Shown here one piece after another: positions 35,422 to 44,662 of a DNA stretch of 64,000 nucleotides (its first letter is position 1; each line of letters opens with the position of its first letter). A program made the position numbers and the translations under genes. A model generated the notes under the pieces. That model was not told where the DNA came from. It made no database searches and saw only the letters and a program-made list of their open reading frames with translations. The DNA comes from an uncultured Chlamydiae bacterium (GTDB lineage: Bacteria > Chlamydiota > Chlamydiia > Chlamydiales > Parachlamydiaceae). The stretch is from NCBI GenBank assembly GCA_963830365.1, contig CAWHMU010000046.1, positions 32,001 to 96,000 of the forward strand, read 5' to 3'.

Positions 35422-36857
35422 ATGGATAATATAAATACTAGTATTACCGGTGGCGGACAGCATAAAATACACCTTCATTCGGACCAAAGCCAGGCAGTTG
35501 AAGCAAAACAACAGCCACCGGTCAAGGCTGGTGATCAGAAGATTCATGCCCTGGTGCAGAATTTGATGAAAGAATTTGACACGGTGGGATTGAAAGGTGC
35601 TAGTGGGACTGGCTCATTCGACCCTTCGACTTTGCTGCGCGCTAGGGAATCGACCAATAAATATCAAAAAGCTATTAAAGATGCCGGAAGTCGATTTGGC
35701 GACGCGCTCACTGTCTTGGCTCAGTTCAAAGAGCAACTGATACGTCAAAAAAAAGACCAGGCCGGCACAGCAAAACTCTCCCCAAAAACATTGAAGGAAA
35801 TAGAGGCCGGTTTCAAAGAGATCGCACTTATCATGGCTAAGCATGACTCTTTATACGATAAGAAAACAAATCGGGACGCTGTCATTGATATGGCCATAAA
35901 AGATATCCATGACTTAGTGCAGAGCAAGTTTTCCATCGATATCTCTTTAGATAAGTCGCATTTGCCAAGCGCGCCCGTCAAGATGAACGAAGACACCAAA
36001 AAAGAATTACAGTCCGCCTTAGAAAATCATATTCTGCTCACGAATGAACGAGCCGCTGAAAAAGACATTCGCGCCATCTTGACACAGGTTTTTAAAAAAC
36101 ATGATGGAAATTTCGGCAGCCAAGCATTTGCCAAGGAGCTGAAAGCTGCCACAACGAGTATAAAAGATATTAACCGAAAGCTGTTAAAAAAGGAAAGGTT
36201 GACCATCAGAAGAGCTGCCAGAAAACTAGGCAGTCTAATGAGCGTTTTTAAGCCTACGAAAACCTTAAAAACTTCATTCACGGAAAGGGCGGGGGGTCTT
36301 AAAAAAGGGTGCTCCTATCCTTTAGCCATGTCACTCATGCGCAAAGAGAATTTGCCGGAAAAATCGATGCCGCCGTAGCCAAGTTCCTCGGCAAGTCAGA
36401 TGCTAGCACAGCGCCTTCGGCAGTCATGCGGTCCCTGACAGGGCGGGCCGTGGTGCTGCCGCCAGCCGGCCAAAAAGCCCCGCCATCACCCATGGAAGCT
36501 CACCTGAAATCACTAAGCCCTTCCCAAAAAGCGAACTTTGATCTCTACCAGGCTGAGATCGATGACATGTATCAAGCACGCGCCAACCCGCAAAATCAAA
36601 TCTATCAGGCTGCCAAAGGTTTTATTTTGCAAGCCGACCTCGCCCGCCGAGAAATCAAAAAAGACACGCCCAAAAGCCAGCGTTTGAAGATAAATGACGA
36701 GGCAAGACAACTGTATACCAAGGCCGGCTATTACCTCCATCAGCTGGCTAAAAGCGAAAAGAAATCTTTTTCTGAAGGGCATCTCAGACAACTGGAGCAA
36801 AACCTGCTCACCAGAATCAGCCTCGTCAAACGTCCCGCACGCAGGAAATGGTTTTAA
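35422..36857 (+). pseudogene. Effector-like helical protein split by an apparent 1-nt frameshift; paralog of 37366..38865
   Basis: Overlapping ORFs 35422..36378 and 36309..36857; one extra A in the A6 run at 36301-36306 fuses them; shares TVGL...FD..TLL.AR and HILLTNER with the neighbouring gene. Confidence 0.65.
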
Positions 36858-37002
36858 CGCTGCCGGCGGCAACGGACGAGGCGCATATCCCAGGCCCGAA
36901 AGAAGGGAAGTGAAACTGTGCGTTTCGTTTGTGAGGGAAAGTGGCAGTCTTTTCCCACGGCAACGCCTGCCCGCTCCCTTTTCAAATCAAATCGCATACT
37001 TT

Positions 37003-37211
37003 GTCTCATCACGCAAATGCATACCTATGAGGTTTTCCCGACCTTCTCTGTGACTCTGTGCCTCTGTGGTGAAATCTGCTTTCTGGCGGTATAGTATTAT
37101 TAGTCAAAGCGTTATGAAAGACTTCACCACCGAGACACAGAAGCACAGAGAAGGGAAATGGAGATTGCTGTTAGTTTTTTTTTAATTAGGTACCCATTTG
37201 CGTGATGAACC
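37003..37211. mobile_element. 209-bp ISL3-ended MITE
   Basis: GTCTCATCACGCAAATG...CATTTGCGTGATGAACC; flanks CATACTTT/CATACTTC (7/8 TSD). Confidence 0.82.
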
Positions 37212-37365
37212 CATACTTCTATCTTGATGCCGATTATTTTTAAATAAAGACGTTTTTAAATATCGATTAATACAGCAAATGCTATAATAGTAACTGTACA
37301 TTGCTTTTAGTTTAGTGCTAACAGTTAACAGCTATTGTATCTTGATTTTAAAACGAGGTGCTATC

Positions 37366-38865
37366 ATGAGTATGGATGCCACAAGTGGAAGCCCTATCCA
37401 GCAACCATCGATTCAACAGGCTGAGACAAAACAGACGGAACAGAAGAGGCAGCAGGATGTCCAAACACCGCAAAAATCTGATTTAGAAAAGAAGATGGAC
37501 ACTCTGCGAGATCAATTTCTCACGGTAGGCTTGACGGCAAGATCTTCTAGTCAACATGACGATGGGAGTGCCTTTGACTTAAACACCTTGCTGTCTGCCA
37601 GGAGAGACACCGGAAAATACAAGGAATTGATCAAGGGCGCAGAAGAAAGATTTGGTAAAGTGCTAAATACCATCAATGAATTCAAGGCCACGGTGACAGA
37701 TGCCATCAAAAAAAGTTTCAACAAATTAGATCAAAGGCAAAACAGCGCGATCGATCAGTGTTTCAAAAAAATTGCTACAGCGCTGGCCAAACATGAAACT
37801 CTCTATGATAAAGAAACAAAAGACGACGATCCTTTAAAGTCGGCATGCACCTCCATAAAAACATTTTTTGACAAGGAGGTAGATAGTCTACTTAATGATT
37901 TATCATCTTCAAAATCAACATCTATCAGTTCCAAGAATAAATCGCCTAGCGGCTTTTCGGTGGCTAATAAGGCCACCGTTGATGCGAACGTTGACGATGT
38001 CAAACAAAAGCTGGCTACCACTTTGAAAGGACTAACCCCCGTGGCTAGTACAGAAGTTAAACCTGCCATTATCGATGATGTCGACCTAAAAAATACATTG
38101 GAAACGCATATACTGCTAACGAATGAGAGAACCGCTCAAAAGGAAATTAGAAAAAAAATCGATACCGTATTTGACCAGGACATTGGAACTAAAAACACCG
38201 TATTTGACGAGCACAAGGGTGCTAAAAACTTCGAGCAAGAATTAAGAGCCGCAGTAAAAGATATTGAGAACATCAATACAGCCCTGTTGACAAAAGAAAA
38301 ACAGTCAATAAAAAATTCTGCAAAATGGGCTCTATTGACCCCCAAAGTTGTTAAAATTTTTGCTTATGCTACGGTTGTACCCGGCAAAGTTAAATTATCC
38401 ATTGGAGATAAATTTTCATCCACTTTTAAACCATACACCAGCAAATGGCTACAAGATAATGATAAGGTTAATGTTAGCATGCTACATGACAAATATGTAG
38501 ACAGGATCGAAAATGCAATCGTCAACTTCTTCAAACCTACAGCTGTCAAACCAGATCAAGTAGCCGAGACCAAAAAAGATTCCATCTCTCTTGCAGCCTC
38601 AACCATTGCGTCGCCATCCGAGACGGACTCACGCACCAGATCCTCTCCTTCGCCAAGTGACGCATCGACCCGGTCATCATACTCTGAAATGTCAGACGAC
38701 GATACAGAAGTATCTTCAGACGAGGTCATCACAGGACATTTAAGGCGGGAGTCAGTAGCGGACACTGCCGCCAAAACCCCGGGGGATACAAGCGGAAATC
38801 AAGAGCCAACGAGTCCGTTAGCCAGGCATAATATAGTACCGCTGACACAGCCTCCTTCACCCTAA
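37366..38865 (+). CDS. Hypothetical effector-like protein with Ser-rich tail
   Basis: GAGGTG RBS before ATG 37366; S/Q/T-rich N-terminus; paralog of 35422. Confidence 0.8.
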   Translation: MSMDATSGSPIQQPSIQQAETKQTEQKRQQDVQTPQKSDLEKKMDTLRDQFLTVGLTARSSSQHDDGSAFDLNTLLSARRDTGKYKELIKGAEERFGKVLNTINEFKATVTDAIKKSFNKLDQRQNSAIDQCFKKIATALAKHETLYDKETKDDDPLKSACTSIKTFFDKEVDSLLNDLSSSKSTSISSKNKSPSGFSVANKATVDANVDDVKQKLATTLKGLTPVASTEVKPAIIDDVDLKNTLETHILLTNERTAQKEIRKKIDTVFDQDIGTKNTVFDEHKGAKNFEQELRAAVKDIENINTALLTKEKQSIKNSAKWALLTPKVVKIFAYATVVPGKVKLSIGDKFSSTFKPYTSKWLQDNDKVNVSMLHDKYVDRIENAIVNFFKPTAVKPDQVAETKKDSISLAASTIASPSETDSRTRSSPSPSDASTRSSYSEMSDDDTEVSSDEVITGHLRRESVADTAAKTPGDTSGNQEPTSPLARHNIVPLTQPPSP

Positions 38866-39553
38866 GGAACAACAGCCGCTAGACTGCAAGCCATGCAAGA
38901 TTTGGTCAAAGAGGATGAGCAGTAGAATCGTATAAAGGGCCGGGGAAGCTTGCGCGCGCAAGCGAAATCAACCACCTCCATCTGAGACAATTGCATAGGT
39001 GTTAATAGAATGTTTTAACGCAGTCAGATCTTGTCAGTTGAATGAAGAGCCAGCCCTAAGCATCGAAGATGCGGCTCTTAACGAGCCCAGGCAGCAGGGA
39101 GCCCTGCAAGGGAGACCGTAGGCCTGGGTTTCTCGTACACATAAGAAGGAGCCCTGTATGGGCGTCTCTAAGCCCTGGTAAAAAAAAGTGGTTCATCCGA
39201 TAAATGAGGACCTTTAGCAGGTAAAAGTATTAAGTCCTCAGATTTTGGTACAGGGTCTTTTGATTAAAAAGATTTGATAGGCCATTCAGTGATATAAACT
39301 CGCCGTGCCAGAGGGCGCGCCCGATTTTGCATGATGTATTTTTGTTGAGCCCCGTCAAGGGGCGGCCATATTTGTAGCCCATGGTGTAGTGCCAAGGGCA
39401 CAAACCATGGGTGTCATAAGAAAGAAAAACAGCCCCGAGGGGGCGTTATAATTGTTCTTTATTTTCATGCTGCTGATAGAAGCGAAGGAATTATAACGCC
39501 CCTCTGGGGCTGGATTGCTTTGGGATTGTGACCCACGGTTTGCGTCATTGACG

Positions 39554-41419
39554 GCCGAGTAGTTAAATGGACTTTCACCATAAAACCCTCACAGAACCGT
39601 ACGTGAAGCTCTCACTTCATACGGCTCGTCTGTCCAAATCGTGTCTCTGCATCCATTGCCAATTCGCAAAAAGATTTGATTCTCTTTTTCTTATTCTAGA
39701 TAACCAGTCTTTTGCTTTTAGCCAACTATGCTTCAACTTCTCATATTTCTTCTTTGCCCATTTCATCAAGACAGTGTCTACATTCCTCATTATAGGCCAA
39801 AGTTCAGACGCATTAAATTTCCCATAATAATTTATCCATCCTGATATGACTGGATTTATTATTTTGGTGAATTCTCTTAGATTTCCATTCGGTTTGACTT
39901 CTTTTAACCAGCTTTTTATTTTATCCCTTGCTTTCTGTTTTGCCTTGTCGCTAATTGCCGGAGTAAAATTTACAAAGAGTTTACCTTGTCGATTTCTTGA
40001 CGATCTCGGTCTAAAAGTATAGCCTAGAAAATCAAATTTCTCGTTTTGGTAGTTACCTCGTCTATTTGAGTCTTTGCAATATACGATTTTGGTCTTCTCG
40101 GGATGCAATTCAAGCTTGCACTCTTCAAGTCTTTTCCTGATGTCTTCTTTAAGTTTTACCGCCTCTTCTTCGGTTCTACAATGTACTACAATATCATCTG
40201 CGTATCTTTCAAATGGATTTCCAGAATAATTTCTTTTCATCCATTCATCAAATGCGTAGTGCAAGTAGAGATTGGCTAATAGTGGACTTATTACGCCACC
40301 TTGTGGGGTGCCTTTTGTCCTTTTCACCAAACTTCCGTCTTTGGCTTCTGCAGGGGCTTCTAACCATCGTTGCACATATATGAGAATCCAAGGTTCTTGT
40401 GTGTGCCTTTTGACAGCACGCATCATGAGTTCATGATCGATGTTATCGAAAAATCCTTTGATATCTATATCCAAGATCCAGTCATACTTCCAACACATCC
40501 TTCTGGCTACTTCTACGGCATCTAATCCCGATTTATTTGGTCTATATCCGTACGAGTCATTATGAAAATGCGGCTCTATCAATGGTTCTAGATACATTTT
40601 AACAACCATCTGTGCAATTCGGTCTCCTACTGTGGGAATCCCCAACTCTCTCATCTTTCCATCTGCTTTAGGTATTTCTACCGTTTTAACAGGCGGCGGA
40701 AAGTAGCTTCCAGATGACATCCTATTCCAAATCTTGTAGAGATTCCTTTTCAGATCATTCCCAAAATCTTGAATAGATACATCATCAACTCCTGCTGAAC
40801 CTTTATTGGCTTTTACACACTCATATGCTTCCATAAATGCATATTTAGAAATATGATACGATTTTGCCTTCTCCATTTAGGTCATTCCTTTCGGTTGTCT
40901 ATTTTGAAATCGGCTGGACAGGAGACCCCTTCGCTCCATCTTCGTTACAAAGACTTCTTCACTACTACGAATCTCTCCGCCCTCGTGCTACGCCTTGGTA
41001 CTTTCGTCCTCGGATTTCGTATCCTTGTGACTTTTCCCTTATCATCGTAGCGACAAGTTCAAACGTTCCGTACTTTAAGCCTAGATTAGGTTCATGTTAC
41101 CTCTGTGCCGGACACAATCCAACCAGTACATCAGGTTTCCGTTGGACTCTTCCTAGAAACGTGTAGAGATCTCTAGTTTTTATGTCACTTATCCCACTTT
41201 CGACACTTACTTACGGTACTTACTTGTTGTTCATCTCCCTAATCATCACCTGATGTGATCTGGTCACACCTTTTCTCTAACGTTCACCACAAGTAGCATT
41301 TAACTAATGCAGCTTAGAGTGGTTTGAATCAGCACCTGTATGCCGATCCGAGGGGTCTTCCCTCATCTTATAATACAGCTATGTTTCCCTCCTTGCGGAG
41401 GGAAACATTCGTTTCACAA
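39554..41419 (-). mobile_element. Group II intron (bacterial class D-like, no endonuclease domain), 1866 nt
   Basis: 5' TTGTGAAACG; domain V GAGCCGTATGAAGTGAGAGCTTCACGTACGGTTC; 3' ...CTACTCGGC; EBS1/EBS2 complementary to the 5' exon. Confidence 0.93.
39617..40876 (-). CDS. ltrA: Group II intron reverse transcriptase/maturase
   Basis: NKGSAGVD, LGIPTVGDR, GTPQGGVISPLLAN, RYADD, FDFLGY, GWINYY; intact 419 aa. Confidence 0.96.
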   Translation of the reverse strand: MEKAKSYHISKYAFMEAYECVKANKGSAGVDDVSIQDFGNDLKRNLYKIWNRMSSGSYFPPPVKTVEIPKADGKMRELGIPTVGDRIAQMVVKMYLEPLIEPHFHNDSYGYRPNKSGLDAVEVARRMCWKYDWILDIDIKGFFDNIDHELMMRAVKRHTQEPWILIYVQRWLEAPAEAKDGSLVKRTKGTPQGGVISPLLANLYLHYAFDEWMKRNYSGNPFERYADDIVVHCRTEEEAVKLKEDIRKRLEECKLELHPEKTKIVYCKDSNRRGNYQNEKFDFLGYTFRPRSSRNRQGKLFVNFTPAISDKAKQKARDKIKSWLKEVKPNGNLREFTKIINPVISGWINYYGKFNASELWPIMRNVDTVLMKWAKKKYEKLKHSWLKAKDWLSRIRKRESNLFANWQWMQRHDLDRRAV

Positions 41420-41842
41420 CTACACCGTGGGCTACAAATATGGCCGCCCCTTGACGGGGCTTAGCAGCAAATGCATGATGGCCGAAGTTATCTGAGGACT
41501 TAATACTTTTACCTAACAAAGGTCCTGATTTGTCGGATGAACCAAAAAAGTTTTATAGAAAAGCTAATTTTTTATCAACATCAGCATGAATATTTTTCCG
41601 GCATGATATAAGAGTCTCCCTTTCAGGGCTCACAAATACATATTGAATAAACCCAGGCCTGCGGTCACCCTTACAGGGCACCCTACTGCCTGGGCTCGTT
41701 TAGAGCCGCATCTTCGATGCTTAGGAATTTCCGCAGTATTCGCGCACCACCACATATACCTAGAACATGCGTTTAGAAGCGCTATCCGAGGGTGGTTGTC
41801 AATGACTACCTTTGGGGATTACTGCCTGAGGCATGACGGCGG

Positions 41843-43792
41843 CTATTCGTCGGGACCGACCCACATGATGCCGTTTTCTAGCCAGCGGTACGATTTGTCC
41901 AGCGTCTGCTTGGCGATGGCGTTGGCGTGCCTGTCATCATTGCTGCCGAGAGCTTTGAAGCGCTCCTCTATGCGCCTTTTGGCCATGCAGCAGAAATAGT
42001 CGGCCAGCTCAAGCGGCGCCTTGCCTTCCTTATCCTGCAGCGACAGGGCATAGGAACAGGTGGCGGCCATGGCGAAGAGGTCGGTGCCGATCTCCATCAA
42101 GCGCCCCAGCAACATCTGCTTGCCTTCCAGCCTTTGGCGGTATTTGAGCATGGATGAAAAGATGACGCGCGCGAGTTTATGCGAGCATTTCTCGATGAAG
42201 GCGAAGTGTTTTTCCAATACCCCCATATCTTTGTAGGAGTCGGCATGCAGTGCGCCCAACATCTGCTTGGGATACCACAGGCTGTAGAACTTAGTGACTT
42301 TGAAGAACGTCTTGAATTTCTCCATGATAGGCGTCTTTGGATTGAGCAGGCTGCCGGCGCGTTTCAGATGGGAGTCCATGGCCTCGCGGGCCAGGAAGAG
42401 CTTCATGATTTCAGACGACCCTTCCAGGATCATATTGATGCGGCAGTCGCGCATGACGCGTTCGACGGGATAGGGCACTTCGCCGCGGGCTTTTAAGGAG
42501 CGCGCTTTTTCATAGCCCCTGCCGCCGCGCAGCTGCATGGTCATATCGGCGATCTGCCATAGCGATTCGGTGCAGAACAGCTTGGCCATGGCCGCTTCGA
42601 TGCGGATATCGACCTCCTGCTTATCGGCCCAGGCGCATGTCAGCCAGGTCATAGCCTCCATGGCAAGCGTAGTGGCGGCGATGAAGGCGATCTTTTCGCG
42701 GCCGGCTTCATGCAGTCCGATGGGCATCCCCCACTGGATGCGGGAAGCGCCCCAGCGCCTGGCGATGGAGAGGCACAGCTTGGCTGCGCCTGTGCTGGCG
42801 GCCGGCAGGGTGAGGCGTCCGACATTGATGGTGGATAGCGCCAAAGCCAGGCCCCGGCCTTCTTCGCCGAGCAGGTTTTCGACGGGGATCTTGACATCGG
42901 TAAATTTCAATAAGGCGTTATAGATACCGCCAAGGCCCATGAATTCGCAGCGGTGGACGATATCGATGCCGGGGGTGTTCATCTCGACGATGAAGGCGGT
43001 GATCTGCTTGCGCTCTTTGCCTTTGACCATTTTGGAAGGTGTTTTGGCCATCACGACGATGATATCTGCGATCGTGCCGTTGGTGCACCACAATTTCTGG
43101 CCATTGATGACATAGTGGCGGCCGTCGGCCGACAAGGTGGCGGTGCAAGACATCTGGGCGGGATCTGAGCCGACGTCAGGTTCTGTCAGGGCGAAGGCCG
43201 AGATGGCGCCCTTCCGGAAGCGCGGCAGGAATTTCATTTTCTGCTCTGCGGTGCCGAACATTTTTAGGGGCTGGGGCACGCCGATGGACTGGTGCGCCGA
43301 TATCAGCACGGCGGTGGCGCCGCAGTAGGAAGCCACCTGCATCACCAGGCGGCAGTAGTTTGTCTGGGAGAAGCCGAGGCCGCCATATTCTTTGGGCACT
43401 TTAAGGGCGAAGATGCCCATGCGCTTCATCTCATCGATGACATTTTGGGGGATGGTGCGGGTGGCATCGACCTCTTCGGGGTCGAGATTAGCTTTTAGAT
43501 AGGCGATGAATTTATCAGTGACCTCGTCGCCGGCTTTTTTATCTTCAGCGCTCTGCTTGGGGAATGGGAAGAGCATCTCGGCGGCGAAGGTGCCGGCGAA
43601 AAGCTGGGCGCCGAAGGAAGGCAGCTGGTAGGCTTTGCGGGCTTCTTCGGTGATTTCCAGCGCCTGGCGCTGCTGCGCATTGCCGGTAGAGGTTTCGGCT
43701 AAAGCCGAGCCTTCGTCCAGGATATCTTTTTGGGTGTCTGTTTGGGTATCTTTGGCTGTGGGCAGATCTTTCATAGCTAGCTCTTTGGTCAA
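41843..43792 (-). CDS. Acyl-CoA dehydrogenase (VLCAD/ACAD9-like)
   Basis: FALTEPDVGSD, INGQKLWCTNG, GGRGYE, RDCRINMILEGSSEI. Confidence 0.93.
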   Translation of the reverse strand: MTKELAMKDLPTAKDTQTDTQKDILDEGSALAETSTGNAQQRQALEITEEARKAYQLPSFGAQLFAGTFAAEMLFPFPKQSAEDKKAGDEVTDKFIAYLKANLDPEEVDATRTIPQNVIDEMKRMGIFALKVPKEYGGLGFSQTNYCRLVMQVASYCGATAVLISAHQSIGVPQPLKMFGTAEQKMKFLPRFRKGAISAFALTEPDVGSDPAQMSCTATLSADGRHYVINGQKLWCTNGTIADIIVVMAKTPSKMVKGKERKQITAFIVEMNTPGIDIVHRCEFMGLGGIYNALLKFTDVKIPVENLLGEEGRGLALALSTINVGRLTLPAASTGAAKLCLSIARRWGASRIQWGMPIGLHEAGREKIAFIAATTLAMEAMTWLTCAWADKQEVDIRIEAAMAKLFCTESLWQIADMTMQLRGGRGYEKARSLKARGEVPYPVERVMRDCRINMILEGSSEIMKLFLAREAMDSHLKRAGSLLNPKTPIMEKFKTFFKVTKFYSLWYPKQMLGALHADSYKDMGVLEKHFAFIEKCSHKLARVIFSSMLKYRQRLEGKQMLLGRLMEIGTDLFAMAATCSYALSLQDKEGKAPLELADYFCCMAKRRIEERFKALGSNDDRHANAIAKQTLDKSYRWLENGIMWVGPDE

Positions 43793-43903
43793 CGTTTTTC
43801 TTTACCATAAGATGAGAAAGTTTCGTTGTAAAGTTTTTTTTCCATGGTGGCGCTGAGATTTTCAGCATGGGATTGCTAGGGACAGCTTGTGTATCGAAAA
43901 ATT

Positions 43904-44214
43904 CAACGCAAAGAAGCAGCCAAGAGGCGCAAAGGAAGGCAGTTCACCCCAGAGGCACCGAGACACAGAGAAGCAAGCTGCATCTAACAGGATGGCAGGA
44001 TAGACAGGATGAACATAGCCTCAGATAGCCATGACACTGTCGCTGTGAGGCATGTCCTCGGATTGCTTAGGCAATGCGGGGGATGCATTTTTGCCTAGGC
44101 AAAGCCTTTCTTTTCTTCTTTTGTGTTTATCCTGACTATCCTGCCATCCTGTTACATGCAGTTTGTTTCTCTGTGTCTCGGTGCCTCTGTGGTGATTTGC
44201 CTTCCTTTGCGTTG
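43904..44214. repeat. Nested composite palindrome (CGCAAAG / CACAGAG / ACAGGAT motifs)
   Basis: ~80-bp arms at 43929-44011 and 44127-44211 between divergent genes. Confidence 0.85.
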
Positions 44215-44322
44215 CATTTTTTGTATGCAAACGGACTAAAATCAGGCAATTTTGCTAGATTAGTTGTCGGGAAGTTTTGTAGAATAGGACTTTGACTATT
44301 TCATAACCATGGAGACATCACG

Positions 44323-44652
44323 ATGCACAAGCTGACGAGAAATTTTTTCCTAGCCACCACGGTCTGTTTCGCTGCGGCCACATTGCATGTCGAAGCCCTG
44401 TTGCCGCCCTTTTTCCAGAGCCTGAAGGAATACAAAGCGCTGCTCAATACGCCTGAGTTGTCGGCGGCGCTAGGTTCTGCCGATATCATCCACGACATCC
44501 AACGCGACGACAAGGGCTTCCTCATCACAACCTCAAAGCATACGCTTAGAGTCGATGTCGTCTACGATCCACGCGGTCAAGACGAACCGAAAGGGTTTGT
44601 AGGGCCGGCCCTATTTCACCTTGAATTCCACGCAGCCGAAGCCATCGAATAA
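44323..44652 (+). CDS. Small exported hypothetical protein
   Basis: GGAG RBS; signal peptide ending VEA. Confidence 0.75.
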   Translation: MHKLTRNFFLATTVCFAAATLHVEALLPPFFQSLKEYKALLNTPELSAALGSADIIHDIQRDDKGFLITTSKHTLRVDVVYDPRGQDEPKGFVGPALFHLEFHAAEAIE

Positions 44653-44662
44653 GCCGTTGATG

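Larger units (their letters stand above)
39344..41465. repeat. REP-like family B copy split by the group II intron
   Basis: Removing 39554-41419 restores GGTTTGCGTCATTGACG|CTACACCGTGGGCTACAAATA. Confidence 0.9.
39190..41543. mobile_element. ISL3-type MITE with ~53-bp terminal inverted repeats and 8-bp TSD, hosting REP-B and the group II intron
   Basis: GGTTCATCCGATAAAT...AAGTCCTCAGA inverted at the right end; AAAAAAGT at 39182-39189 and 41544-41551. Confidence 0.88.
39055..41725. repeat. Outer long inverted repeat (REP-like), interrupted by a MITE
   Basis: CCTAAGCATCGAAGATGCGGCTC...GGCCTGGGTTT (39055-39130) is inverted at 41649-41725. Confidence 0.85.

Noticed and set aside
38984..39000. 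GAGACAATTGCA matching the IS5-like end at 50915
   Set aside because: Better explained as a decayed paralog of the 36780 coding segment; no partner end or TSD
39617..40876. RT as part of a DGR or retron acting on the paralog array
   Set aside because: YADD plus maturase domain with intron domains V/VI and EBS/IBS pairing; no TR/VR pair seen, and differences in the 752-bp duplication are not adenine-specific
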